From the NCBI GenBank assembly GCA_050331615.1, contig JBHJGR010000153.1, positions 1 to 21,628 on the forward strand: DNA of 21,628 bases, read 5' to 3'. Positions 8,407 through 15,795 of this stretch are shown here, piece by piece. How positions within the stretch are numbered: the stretch's first letter is position 1; every line of letters starts with the position of its first letter. This stretch comes from Elainellaceae cyanobacterium (GTDB taxonomy: Bacteria; Cyanobacteriota; Cyanobacteriia; CAKZMO01). The position numbers and the translations under genes are program-made. The notes under the pieces were generated by a model. It made no database searches. It was not told the DNA's origin and saw only the letters and a list, made by a program, of their open reading frames with translations.

Positions 8407-9594
8407 TCAATGGTTTAGACTAGCCGATGGCTTTATTTGGTAAAGCAAGTTCCAGATTTGCTGATTGGTGTGAATCAGGTTGAAGCGCTCCTGGGCCTGC
8501 CGTTGAGCCGTTTGGGCGATCGCCCCACTTCCATTCGGCTGGGTGCAGACGAAATGAATGATATCGGCAAGCTTTTGGGCATCACCGGGAGGGCTGAGCC
8601 AGCCGGTAATGCCGTGCTCGACTAGCTCAACCGCCCCGCCAGCGGCAGCGGCTACGACGGGGGTGCCACAGAGCATGGCTTCAACGATGACCCGACCAAA
8701 GGGTTCGGGAGCGGTGGAGGTGTGGGCGACCAGATCGCAGGCGGCCATGAGCTGGGGAATGTCGGACCGAAAGCCCAAAAACTGGACCCGGTGGTGGAGC
8801 TTGAGAGCTTCGACCTGCTGATGGAGCTGCTGGGCGTAGTCCTGTTCCCCAAACAGCGCATCTCCCACTAAGATGGCGACAACATGATCCGGGCAGTGCC
8901 GGAGGGCTTCCAGCAGCACATGCTGCCCTTTCCAGGGAGATAAACGGCTGAAGTGGCCCACAATAAACGGAGAAGGGTGGTTGGGTAAAGCCGATGTCAG
9001 CGTTTGACGCAGGCGCTGGCTGGCCTGTGCGGAGCCCATATCGTCCCCGTTGGCATAGGTTTCTAGACGAAAGCCGTTATACACCACGTGAATCCGGTCA
9101 GCTCGCCCACCCGCTTGGACTAGGGCATCACGACTGGCCTGGGAATTGGCAATCACAAGGGCCGCCCGATTGGCGAGGGTAACAATGATGCGGCGGTTGG
9201 TAGCGCTAAAGTGGTCTGGCGAAACAATATCGTGGAGGTGGTAGACCAGAGGCCGACCGCTGAGGAAGCTGGCGATCGCTCCTACCACCAGGGCCTTTTG
9301 CGTATTGGCATAGATCAGGTCATAGGACTTGCTGAGCTGAGTAACGCCAGCAACCAAGGGGAGGAGGCGGTTGAGACTCTTTAGCCCCGCCAGCAGACCG
9401 CTGGCTTTCTGGACCTGTAGGGCCTGATTAGCGAGAACCTTAACGGGAACAGGGAGCTGCCGCAGGTAATCGGGAAAGGTCCCCTCGGCAAAGACCCCCA
9501 CAAGGCTAGTTTGGCCAAAATGCTGGGCAATGTCGGCGAGGCAAAGTTCTGCACCGCCCAACTTGCCGCTTTGATCTAGAAAAAGGATTTTCAT
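8407..9594 (-). CDS. GT4-family (group 1) glycosyltransferase.
   Basis: A 395-aa ORF. It has a GT-B C-terminal domain containing the EPFGRVIVEAMLCGTPVVAAAAGG motif (E-x7-E region). Confidence 0.9.
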   Translation of the reverse strand: MKILFLDQSGKLGGAELCLADIAQHFGQTSLVGVFAEGTFPDYLRQLPVPVKVLANQALQVQKASGLLAGLKSLNRLLPLVAGVTQLSKSYDLIYANTQKALVVGAIASFLSGRPLVYHLHDIVSPDHFSATNRRIIVTLANRAALVIANSQASRDALVQAGGRADRIHVVYNGFRLETYANGDDMGSAQASQRLRQTLTSALPNHPSPFIVGHFSRLSPWKGQHVLLEALRHCPDHVVAILVGDALFGEQDYAQQLHQQVEALKLHHRVQFLGFRSDIPQLMAACDLVAHTSTAPEPFGRVIVEAMLCGTPVVAAAAGGAVELVEHGITGWLSPPGDAQKLADIIHFVCTQPNGSGAIAQTAQRQAQERFNLIHTNQQIWNLLYQIKPSASLNH

Positions 9595-9698
9595 CGCGCC
9601 TAAAACTCAATTAGCCCGTTTTCGCCTCATGATCCATAAGTACGGCTATCCAGCTTGCCCAACCGGATATCCGCCTGGCTAATTGAGGAAAGTGATGC

Positions 9699-10175
9699 CT
9701 AGCGTGACGGTTCATCCGCGACTAGCTCCCGTTGGGGGAGAGTTTCTGGCGCGGCGGCAAACGGGCGGGGCTGGAAACGTCCGATGAGGGCATAGCTGAC
9801 CAGTCCCGCATATTCCCGCAGGGCCAGGGTCGTCCTTTGCATGGCGGGAACGGTCAACGGTACGATCACGGGATGGGGAATGACCTGGAAGCCGAAGCTC
9901 TTGAAGGTAAGCACCGAGCGCAGCATGTGGGGCTGGTCGGTGACCAGGATCAGCCGACTTGCGCCGATGGTCTGGAGCAGCTCAGAGGCGCGAATAGCGT
10001 TTTCTTCGGCGGTGCGGGCCTGAGGTTCGACGATCTGGGCCGAGAGAGGAACGCCGAGCTGGGTGAGCTGGGCCGACAGGCGGGGCGCTTCGCCACGACC
10101 CGTGGTGAGAATGATGGGGGCGCGATCGCCCTGCCAAAGGCGGAACGCTGTCTGCACCCGCTCTGGCTCGGCCAA
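9699..10175 (-). CDS. DUF218 (YdcF/ElyC/SanA-family) protein. The ORF-track start is a TTG. The conserved N-terminal motif continues upstream without a canonical start.
   Basis: The sequence RAPIILTTGRGEAPRL...TAEENAIRASELL...LILVTDQPHMLRS matches the DUF218 core. In frame upstream of the TTG the sequence encodes ...SADAIVVLGRGRL, which is the DUF218 N-terminal AIVVLGGG block. Confidence 0.65.
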   Translation of the reverse strand: MAEPERVQTAFRLWQGDRAPIILTTGRGEAPRLSAQLTQLGVPLSAQIVEPQARTAEENAIRASELLQTIGASRLILVTDQPHMLRSVLTFKSFGFQVIPHPVIVPLTVPAMQRTTLALREYAGLVSYALIGRFQPRPFAAAPETLPQRELVADEPSR

Positions 10176-10359
10176 TCGCCCCCGGCCTAAAACGACGATG
10201 GCATCGGCAGACTGTCCGAGAATGTACGGTTCCTACCTTTGGGTCTACCCCAGCCTCGCTTTGGCCTGCCCTTAGAACGATGGATGAAGCGTTAAGGTTC
10301 TGTAAATTTTCCCTAGAGCAGCAGGCTCTAGACCCTTTGGCACAGGCTGACTTTGATTC

Positions 10360-12030
10360 ATGGTCTTCGATTCTCTAGAATTTTTCCTATTTCTGGCGAT
10401 CGCCTACGGGCTGTACCGAGTCCTGCCATTTCGGGGTCAAAACCTGATGCTGCTAGGGGCCAGCTACCTCTTTTACGGCTGGTGGGACGCCCGGTTTCTG
10501 TTTCTCATTGTCCTATCAACCGTGGTGGACTTCTGCTGCGGCCTCCTAATCGATCGGGGACAGCTCACTCCCCTGGAACGCCGATTTCCTTCCTTTTATT
10601 TGGTCTTTGCAGCCCTGGCCTTCCTCACGGTGCGGTGGGATGCAGTCCGTTTGAGTCCAACCTTTCCTGTGCTGACGGTAGACTGGGGGCAGATTCTACC
10701 CGCTACGCCATCGGCCTGGTTGCCGCTATTCGGCACGATCCTGCTGGTAGTGGGCGTTAATGGACTCTATCCGCGACTGATGGCGATCGCCCCCGATCCC
10801 CGCAGGCGCACCTTTCTCATCCTCAGCATCGCCACCAATCTGGGCATTCTGGGAGTTTTCAAGTATTTCAACTTTTTTATTGATAGTGCTGGATTTTTAT
10901 TGGGCACCATCGATGCCCGTCCAGAGCTGTGGAGCCTGAACATCATTCTCCCGGTAGGTATCTCCTTCTACACGTTTCAAACCATGAGCTACACCATCGA
11001 CATCTACCGGGGGGAGATGAAGGCGGCCCGCCATTTTTTGGACTTTGCCCTATTCGTCTCTTTCTTCCCCCAACTGGTGGCCGGGCCAATCGAGCGGGCC
11101 TCGCGACTGCTGCCCAAGATCCTGCAGGTGCGGCGGCTCAATGGGGAGCAGACTTTTCGGGGGCTGTTTCTAATTCTATTTGGGCTGTTTAAGAAAGTGG
11201 CGATCGCCGACAGCGTAGCCGTTTCTGTCAATGCCGTCTATGAGTCTACGGGCACCGTATCCTGGCTGGACGTGGTGCTGGCAACGGGTCTCTTTGCGGT
11301 ACAGGTTTACTGCGACTTTTCGGGCTATTCCGACATCGCTCGGGGAACTGCCAAGCTGTTTGGCATCGACCTCATGCCCAACTTCAAGCTTCCCTACTTT
11401 GCCAAAAACCCCAGCGACTTTTGGCGGCGGTGGCACATTAGTTTATCAACCTGGCTGCGGGACTACCTTTATATTCCCTTGGGCGGCAGTCGGCGCGGCA
11501 CCGTCAAGACCTACCGCAACCTCATGCTCACGATGTTTCTGGGGGGGCTGTGGCATGGGGCCGCCTGGCACTTTGTTCTGTGGGGCGTCTATCAGGGAGG
11601 GTTGTTATGTGCCCATCGAGCCGTAAGCCCCAAGCACTCCGCGCAGGCGGACCAGCGCCCCCAGCCATCAGGCTTTAGCCTTCCGGCAGCGCTGAGGGGT
11701 ACGGTGGTAACCCTTGCGTTTCTGGGCATCACCTGCTACGGCTGGCTTTTATTTCGCGCCAATTCGCTAGGGCAAGCCTTTGATTTCACCCAAATCCTCA
11801 TTGCTAACATCGGCAACTTCTCCCTCACGATGCCCAGACCAACTTTGGCCGGACTACTGGGGCTCCCCGTCCTCATTGGCTTTGAAGCTGTGGAGTATTT
11901 TTCCGGGACGGCTCATTTCTACGCCCAACTGATGCCCATGATTCGCGGCATCACCTATGCAGCCCTTGTTGTGCTGATCCTTATGGGAACAAGCAATGCA
12001 TCTACCCAGTTCATCTATTTCCAGTTCTAA
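10360..12030 (+). CDS. MBOAT-family membrane-bound O-acyltransferase, AlgI/DltB-like.
   Basis: A 556-aa polytopic protein. It has the conserved FYTFQTMSYTIDIYRG and WRRWHISLSTWLRDYLYIPLGGSRRG blocks and the MBOAT catalytic His region. Confidence 0.9.
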   Translation: MVFDSLEFFLFLAIAYGLYRVLPFRGQNLMLLGASYLFYGWWDARFLFLIVLSTVVDFCCGLLIDRGQLTPLERRFPSFYLVFAALAFLTVRWDAVRLSPTFPVLTVDWGQILPATPSAWLPLFGTILLVVGVNGLYPRLMAIAPDPRRRTFLILSIATNLGILGVFKYFNFFIDSAGFLLGTIDARPELWSLNIILPVGISFYTFQTMSYTIDIYRGEMKAARHFLDFALFVSFFPQLVAGPIERASRLLPKILQVRRLNGEQTFRGLFLILFGLFKKVAIADSVAVSVNAVYESTGTVSWLDVVLATGLFAVQVYCDFSGYSDIARGTAKLFGIDLMPNFKLPYFAKNPSDFWRRWHISLSTWLRDYLYIPLGGSRRGTVKTYRNLMLTMFLGGLWHGAAWHFVLWGVYQGGLLCAHRAVSPKHSAQADQRPQPSGFSLPAALRGTVVTLAFLGITCYGWLLFRANSLGQAFDFTQILIANIGNFSLTMPRPTLAGLLGLPVLIGFEAVEYFSGTAHFYAQLMPMIRGITYAALVVLILMGTSNASTQFIYFQF

Positions 12031-13189
12031 GTCTCGCTCTAAGCAACCCTACCGGCCACAGCCACCTTCAAAGCAGACCTCCCCCGTGCGGTGGGAGGCA
12101 ATCAAAACCGGGTGCTGGTTTGTCATCGCGCTACTTCTGTTTGACCTCGCCGTCAATCTTCTGTTTCCTTACCCTGCTGATCCAATGGAAACCTCTCCTG
12201 GTCGCCTGAATCTCTACTTTGACTACGGTCGCTCTACGGAGGCCAAAATTCTCCGGCAGATTGGGCCGACCTATGAGCAGAGCGCCCCCATTGCTCAGGC
12301 GGGCTGGTTTGAGTCTCGCCGCTGGGAGGAGCAGCCCGTCCGTCCTGCGGCAGGGGCAGCGCGGCTAATCGCCATCTACGGCATGTCTTTCTCCAACCAC
12401 GTGGGGGAAGCGATGCAAGACCTTGATTCGTCCGTTACGGTGCGCTACATTCCTGGCCCTGGTGCACCCCCCAACCACTCCTACACGGCCTTTCAGCGCG
12501 ATCGCCAGAACCACGAAGCCGAGGTCGTGATCTTTGGCATTCTGGCCTCTAGTTTGGTCGGTTTAGAAGCCAACAGCTCCATGAACTGGGGCTCGGAATT
12601 TCCGGCTCCCTACACCTTTCCCAAGTACACGCTCCAGGACGGAGAACTTCAGGCAACTCCACCGACGATTCAGTCTCTCAGCGAACTCCGCAGGGCAGTG
12701 GATCAGGGCCAGCCGTGGGAGACCTTTGTTCAGGAAATGGCGGAGCAAGATCGCTTCTATCATCCCTTTCTATTTCGGCACAACGCCCTGGATCGTTCGG
12801 CGCTCGTGCGCCTAGCGCGACGGGCCTGGACCCAGCGCCACAAGCAGTTAGTTACCCAGAAGATTCACACCTCCGATGGATTTGACTCCGACTGGGAACA
12901 AATTCCGGTGCTTCAGCAGATGGTACGAAACTTTGCCCACGATGCCAGGAAAGACGGTCGCCTACCCATCGTGCTGCTGCTCAACAACCAGGGCTATGCC
13001 GATCACCTCGCACAAATTCTAGAACCCACCCTAACCCAAGCCGCCATTCCCTTTATCAGCACCCACACCATCGTTCCCGCCAGCGATCGCCACCACTTTG
13101 CCAACGATGGCCATTTCACCAAGGCCGCCAACCGCAAAATCGCCACCCAAGTCCTACAGCTCATCCATAGCAACCTTTCAAAGTCCTAA
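11996..13189 (+). CDS. Partner protein of the MBOAT gene, of AlgJ/AlgX/DltD-like SGNH type, with one N-terminal TM helix.
   Basis: Its start overlaps the 3' end of the MBOAT gene by 35 nt. The TM helix is WFVIALLLFDLAVNLLF. A block-I-like YGMSFSNH and a C-terminal block-V-like NDGHFTKAANRKIA (DxxH) are present. The gene context is the typical MBOAT plus SGNH pairing. Confidence 0.5.
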   Translation: MHLPSSSISSSKSRSKQPYRPQPPSKQTSPVRWEAIKTGCWFVIALLLFDLAVNLLFPYPADPMETSPGRLNLYFDYGRSTEAKILRQIGPTYEQSAPIAQAGWFESRRWEEQPVRPAAGAARLIAIYGMSFSNHVGEAMQDLDSSVTVRYIPGPGAPPNHSYTAFQRDRQNHEAEVVIFGILASSLVGLEANSSMNWGSEFPAPYTFPKYTLQDGELQATPPTIQSLSELRRAVDQGQPWETFVQEMAEQDRFYHPFLFRHNALDRSALVRLARRAWTQRHKQLVTQKIHTSDGFDSDWEQIPVLQQMVRNFAHDARKDGRLPIVLLLNNQGYADHLAQILEPTLTQAAIPFISTHTIVPASDRHHFANDGHFTKAANRKIATQVLQLIHSNLSKS

Positions 13190-13203
13190 CAACAGGAGCA
13201 TAT

Positions 13204-13220
13204 CGGCAGGCAGGATGCTT
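13204..13220. repeat. Short hairpin motif GCAGGCA-GGA-TGCTTGC (copy 1 of 3), placed right after the stop of the SGNH-like gene.
   Basis: The same 7-bp-stem, 3-nt-loop motif recurs in inverted orientation at 14566-14582 and 14596-14612. Confidence 0.5.
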
Positions 13221-13261
13221 GCGCCACGGGGCATCTATTTCCTAATCCACATCAAACGCAA

Positions 13262-13295
13262 ATCTAAAATCCAAAATCTAAAATCCAAAATCCAA
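13262..13295 (+). repeat. STRR-like heptamer array (AAAATCY) x about 4.5, abutting the ATG at 13296.
   Basis: The sequence reads aatct aaaatcc aaaatct aaaatcc aaaatcc aa ATG. A related array (ccaatcc aaaatcc ccaatcc aaaatcc ATG) precedes the start codon at 21414 on the other strand. Both are variants of STRR1 (CCCCAAT). Confidence 0.6.
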
Positions 13296-14357
13296 ATGAT
13301 TAGCAAAGCAACTTTCTGGCAATGGTTCTACCGCCGCTGGCAACCAAACCCCGCTCCCCCCGTACCGGGATATACCCTGCTCCTGCCGGTCCCCGGTGAT
13401 TTACCCGTGTTTCTCAAAATCGCTATGGAGGTTTGTTCGGCACAGCACGCCGATCGCCTGGTGGAAACCGTGGTGGTGCCCGATCAGTGGTCGCCGGACT
13501 TCAGCGATCGCCTACAGCAGTGGACCCAGACCTTTAGCCTAGACCCGGTGCGGCTGGTGCGGCTTCGCCCCATCGAGCAGCGGATTGCTCGCTACCAAAA
13601 CAATCCCACGACGCTCCACTGGCTTCAGTTAATTCGGGGGGCAGAGGCAGCCCGCACCAGTCACCTCCTCCTCCACGATGCGGATCTATTCATCACCGAA
13701 CCGGGCTTCATGGCCCAGCACTATCAAGCCTGTGCCGACCAGCGGCTTTCCTGCCTGGGCGTCAGTCCAGTGTGGGATCAGTGGTATGCCCGTCAAGGCA
13801 TCCATCACCTGACAGCCACCTGGGAGCTGATGATGGACGTGGACTGGCTGCGCCGCTTCCAGCCCTGGCAGCATCGGGGCCACGATGGCACCATTGACGG
13901 CAAGCCCCATACCTTTGACACCACCCTCTGGCCCCAGTGCCAGACCAAGCCCGATGCCATCCGTCGCCACCAGCGGGAGTGGGGCTTTGTGCATTTCAAC
14001 TATGTGATTAGCACCTACCGCCATTTTCAAAAGAGTCAGCAGCGCGATCGCCCCTTTGAGGACGTGAACTTCCGCATTTTGCTGATTCGCCTGCTGATCA
14101 ATGCCTACGATCCAAGCGACTGGCCCTACGCCGTACCGACGCTAGAGTCCCTACAGCGGGGCTTGTTGCAAGACGGCAATCCCGTCACCTATCGCCAGGC
14201 CAAAACCCATCGGCGGTACTCAGAATTTCGCCACAAGCTCAGCCAGTTCATCACCAGCGGCGTCCTCACCCCAGCCCGGCAAAGGATTCTGCGGGAGGGA
14301 ATTCGCCCCTTTGACCAGGCTCTAGCTGCCGAGCTGCAGTATAGCCCTGCGGGCTAA
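13296..14357 (+). CDS. Hypothetical protein that may be a GT-A-fold glycosyltransferase-like enzyme. The start is trimmed to the ATG at 13296, after the heptamer array.
   Basis: The arrangement YTLLLPVPGD ... ETVVVPDQWS ... HLLLHDADLF (a DxD-like motif) resembles the beta1-alpha-beta2-DxD layout of GT-A enzymes. The gene location also supports this. I recognised no family precisely. Confidence 0.4.
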   Translation: MISKATFWQWFYRRWQPNPAPPVPGYTLLLPVPGDLPVFLKIAMEVCSAQHADRLVETVVVPDQWSPDFSDRLQQWTQTFSLDPVRLVRLRPIEQRIARYQNNPTTLHWLQLIRGAEAARTSHLLLHDADLFITEPGFMAQHYQACADQRLSCLGVSPVWDQWYARQGIHHLTATWELMMDVDWLRRFQPWQHRGHDGTIDGKPHTFDTTLWPQCQTKPDAIRRHQREWGFVHFNYVISTYRHFQKSQQRDRPFEDVNFRILLIRLLINAYDPSDWPYAVPTLESLQRGLLQDGNPVTYRQAKTHRRYSEFRHKLSQFITSGVLTPARQRILREGIRPFDQALAAELQYSPAG

Positions 14358-14414
14358 GGTTTGAGTGTGGAACCCGCTCGACGTGGGGGTTTTACACCTC
14401 ATGAATGTCCTAAT
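14338..14414 (+). repeat. Dispersed 75-bp repeat element, copy B. It overlaps the last six codons and the stop of the 13296-14357 gene.
   Basis: The sequence tatagccctgcgggctaaggtttgagtgtggaacccgctcgacgtgggggttttacacctcatgaatgtcctaat matches copy A at 1724-1796. The hairpin stem is preserved through G-U-compatible and compensatory substitutions. Confidence 0.6.
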
Positions 14415-14493
14415 GCGTAAGCGTAACGCCATATCAGCAGCAGAACCGTAGGGTGGGCAGTGCCCACCATTGGCGCTGTCTGGCCTGTAGGGT

Positions 14494-14919
14494 TTAGTTG
14501 GGCGGTGCCCATCCTACTTGATGAATAATCCAGGTTAGGCGATTTCTAGAATGACCTCCGTCGCGCAGGCATCCTGCCTGCATTACAGGGAGGGGGCAAG
14601 CATCCTGCCTGCCGACGGTCACCAGCAGGCTGAGGATGAGCGTGAACCCGGCCCGCTTCAGCAGACGGCGATTTCCGGCGGCGATCGCATAGGCAATGCC
14701 AATCATCGGCCCCATCAAGGGGGCAATGATCATGGCTCCAATAACTGTAGCCGTGCTGCCCGCCAGCAGTCCCAGGCTGGAAATTGCCCCCGACAGCCCC
14801 AGCATGACAAAGTAGCTCAAAGACGGCACCGATTCCCGCCACAGCAGCCGATTGATGCCGTTGATGGACGCCGGTTTCGTTGCCAGCCACTGCCAATGCC
14901 CACTGCTGCTTTCAAACAT
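14494..14919 (-). CDS. DUF389-family hydrophobic protein. It may be truncated at its 3' end.
   Basis: The core SLSYFVMLGLSGAISSLGLLAGSTATVIGAMIIAPLMGPMIGIAYAIAAGNRRLLKRAGFTLI matches the DUF389 hydrophobic domain. The C-terminal tail (GRQDACPLPVMQAGCLRDGGHSRN...) is low-complexity, and the two GCAGGCA hairpin repeats lie within it. The longer ORF-track start at 15003 would overlap the Uma2 gene. Confidence 0.5.
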   Translation of the reverse strand: MFESSSGHWQWLATKPASINGINRLLWRESVPSLSYFVMLGLSGAISSLGLLAGSTATVIGAMIIAPLMGPMIGIAYAIAAGNRRLLKRAGFTLILSLLVTVGRQDACPLPVMQAGCLRDGGHSRNRLTWIIHQVGWAPPN

Positions 14920-14982
14920 CTTGCGGTTAAAACGGTGGGTATTGGCTAAACTAAACCATAGCTCCTCCTGACCATCGCCGCC

Positions 14983-15762
14983 ATGTCTGTCCCTGCTGTT
15001 CAATCCACACCAGTTCCCCCCGCATCAGCTCTGCCGGAAGACCTGGTGTTGCCGCCCAGTGAGCCCTACAGCGATGAACCCCCCTTGGAAAGCTCCCTCC
15101 ACCTCCAGCAACTCCTGCTGCTGCTGAAATGCCTGGACTGGCTCTGGAAAGATCGCAACGACTACTTCACCGCCGGGAACCTGACGATTTACTACAGCCC
15201 CCACCAGCGCAAGTCCGAGGACTTCCGTGGCCCCGATCTTTTCGTGGTGCTGGGTGCGGAGAAGCGGCCCCGCAACAGTTGGGTGGTGTGGCATGAAGGG
15301 GGGCTGTATCCCCATGCGATTATTGAACTGCTGTCAGACTCAACCGCCAAGACCGACCGGGGGCTGAAGAAAGACATCTATCAAGACATCTTCCGCACGC
15401 CGGACTACTTCTGGTTTCATCCCCACACGCTAGAATTCGAGGGCTTCCATCTGGCTGACGGCACTTACCAGCCCATTCCCGTGAACGAGCAGGGCTGGCG
15501 CTGGAGTCAGCAGCTCCAGCTTTATCTGGGCGTCTACGAGAACCAACTGCGGTTTTTCACCGCTGAAGGCGTGCTGGTGCCCACCCCTGAAGAGTCGGCG
15601 GCAGCCGAGCGCCAGCGGGCCGACGCTGAATACCAGCGAGCGGAAGCCGAACGTCAGCGGGCCGAAGCCGAACGTCAACAGACTGAAGCTGAACGCCAGC
15701 GCAATGAGCGGTTGGCTGCCCGACTGCGGGAGCTGGGCGTGAACCCCGATGATGTCCTGTAG
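14983..15762 (+). CDS. Uma2-family (DUF820) PD-(D/E)xK endonuclease with a C-terminal AERQRAEAERQ coiled-coil repeat.
   Basis: The conserved blocks are NLTIYYSP..PDLFVVLG...WVVWHEGG.YPHAIIELLSDST...D...K..IYQDIFRTPDYFWFHP. The C-terminus has (AERQRAE) repeats followed by LRELGVNPDD, typical of cyanobacterial Uma2 proteins. Confidence 0.85.
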   Translation: MSVPAVQSTPVPPASALPEDLVLPPSEPYSDEPPLESSLHLQQLLLLLKCLDWLWKDRNDYFTAGNLTIYYSPHQRKSEDFRGPDLFVVLGAEKRPRNSWVVWHEGGLYPHAIIELLSDSTAKTDRGLKKDIYQDIFRTPDYFWFHPHTLEFEGFHLADGTYQPIPVNEQGWRWSQQLQLYLGVYENQLRFFTAEGVLVPTPEESAAAERQRADAEYQRAEAERQRAEAERQQTEAERQRNERLAARLRELGVNPDDVL

Positions 15763-15795
15763 CTGGTGTGAGTTAGCGGATGGGTGGAGGTGGCC

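Noticed and set aside
13098-13295. Longer N-terminal extension of the 13296-14357 gene (MPTMAISPRPP..., ORF-track start 13098).
   Set aside because: The extension overlaps the 3' end of the SGNH-like gene and would translate the hairpin and heptamer-repeat DNA into low-complexity sequence. The ATG at 13296, immediately after the heptamer array, is the more plausible start. An alternative ATG at 13215 cannot be excluded.
1724-14414. Two direct 75-bp repeats 12.6 kb apart as the boundaries of a mobile island.
   Set aside because: The intervening genes (exbBD, lgt, crp, the glycan-modification genes) are housekeeping-like and HIP1-rich. There is no integrase or transposase. The repeats are better explained as copies of a small dispersed structured element.
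14920-15003. Longer start of the DUF389 gene (MNSRDRHGGD..., ORF-track start 15003).
   Set aside because: It would overlap the divergently transcribed Uma2 start by 20 bp and adds non-conserved residues. MFESS at 14919 was preferred, with low certainty.
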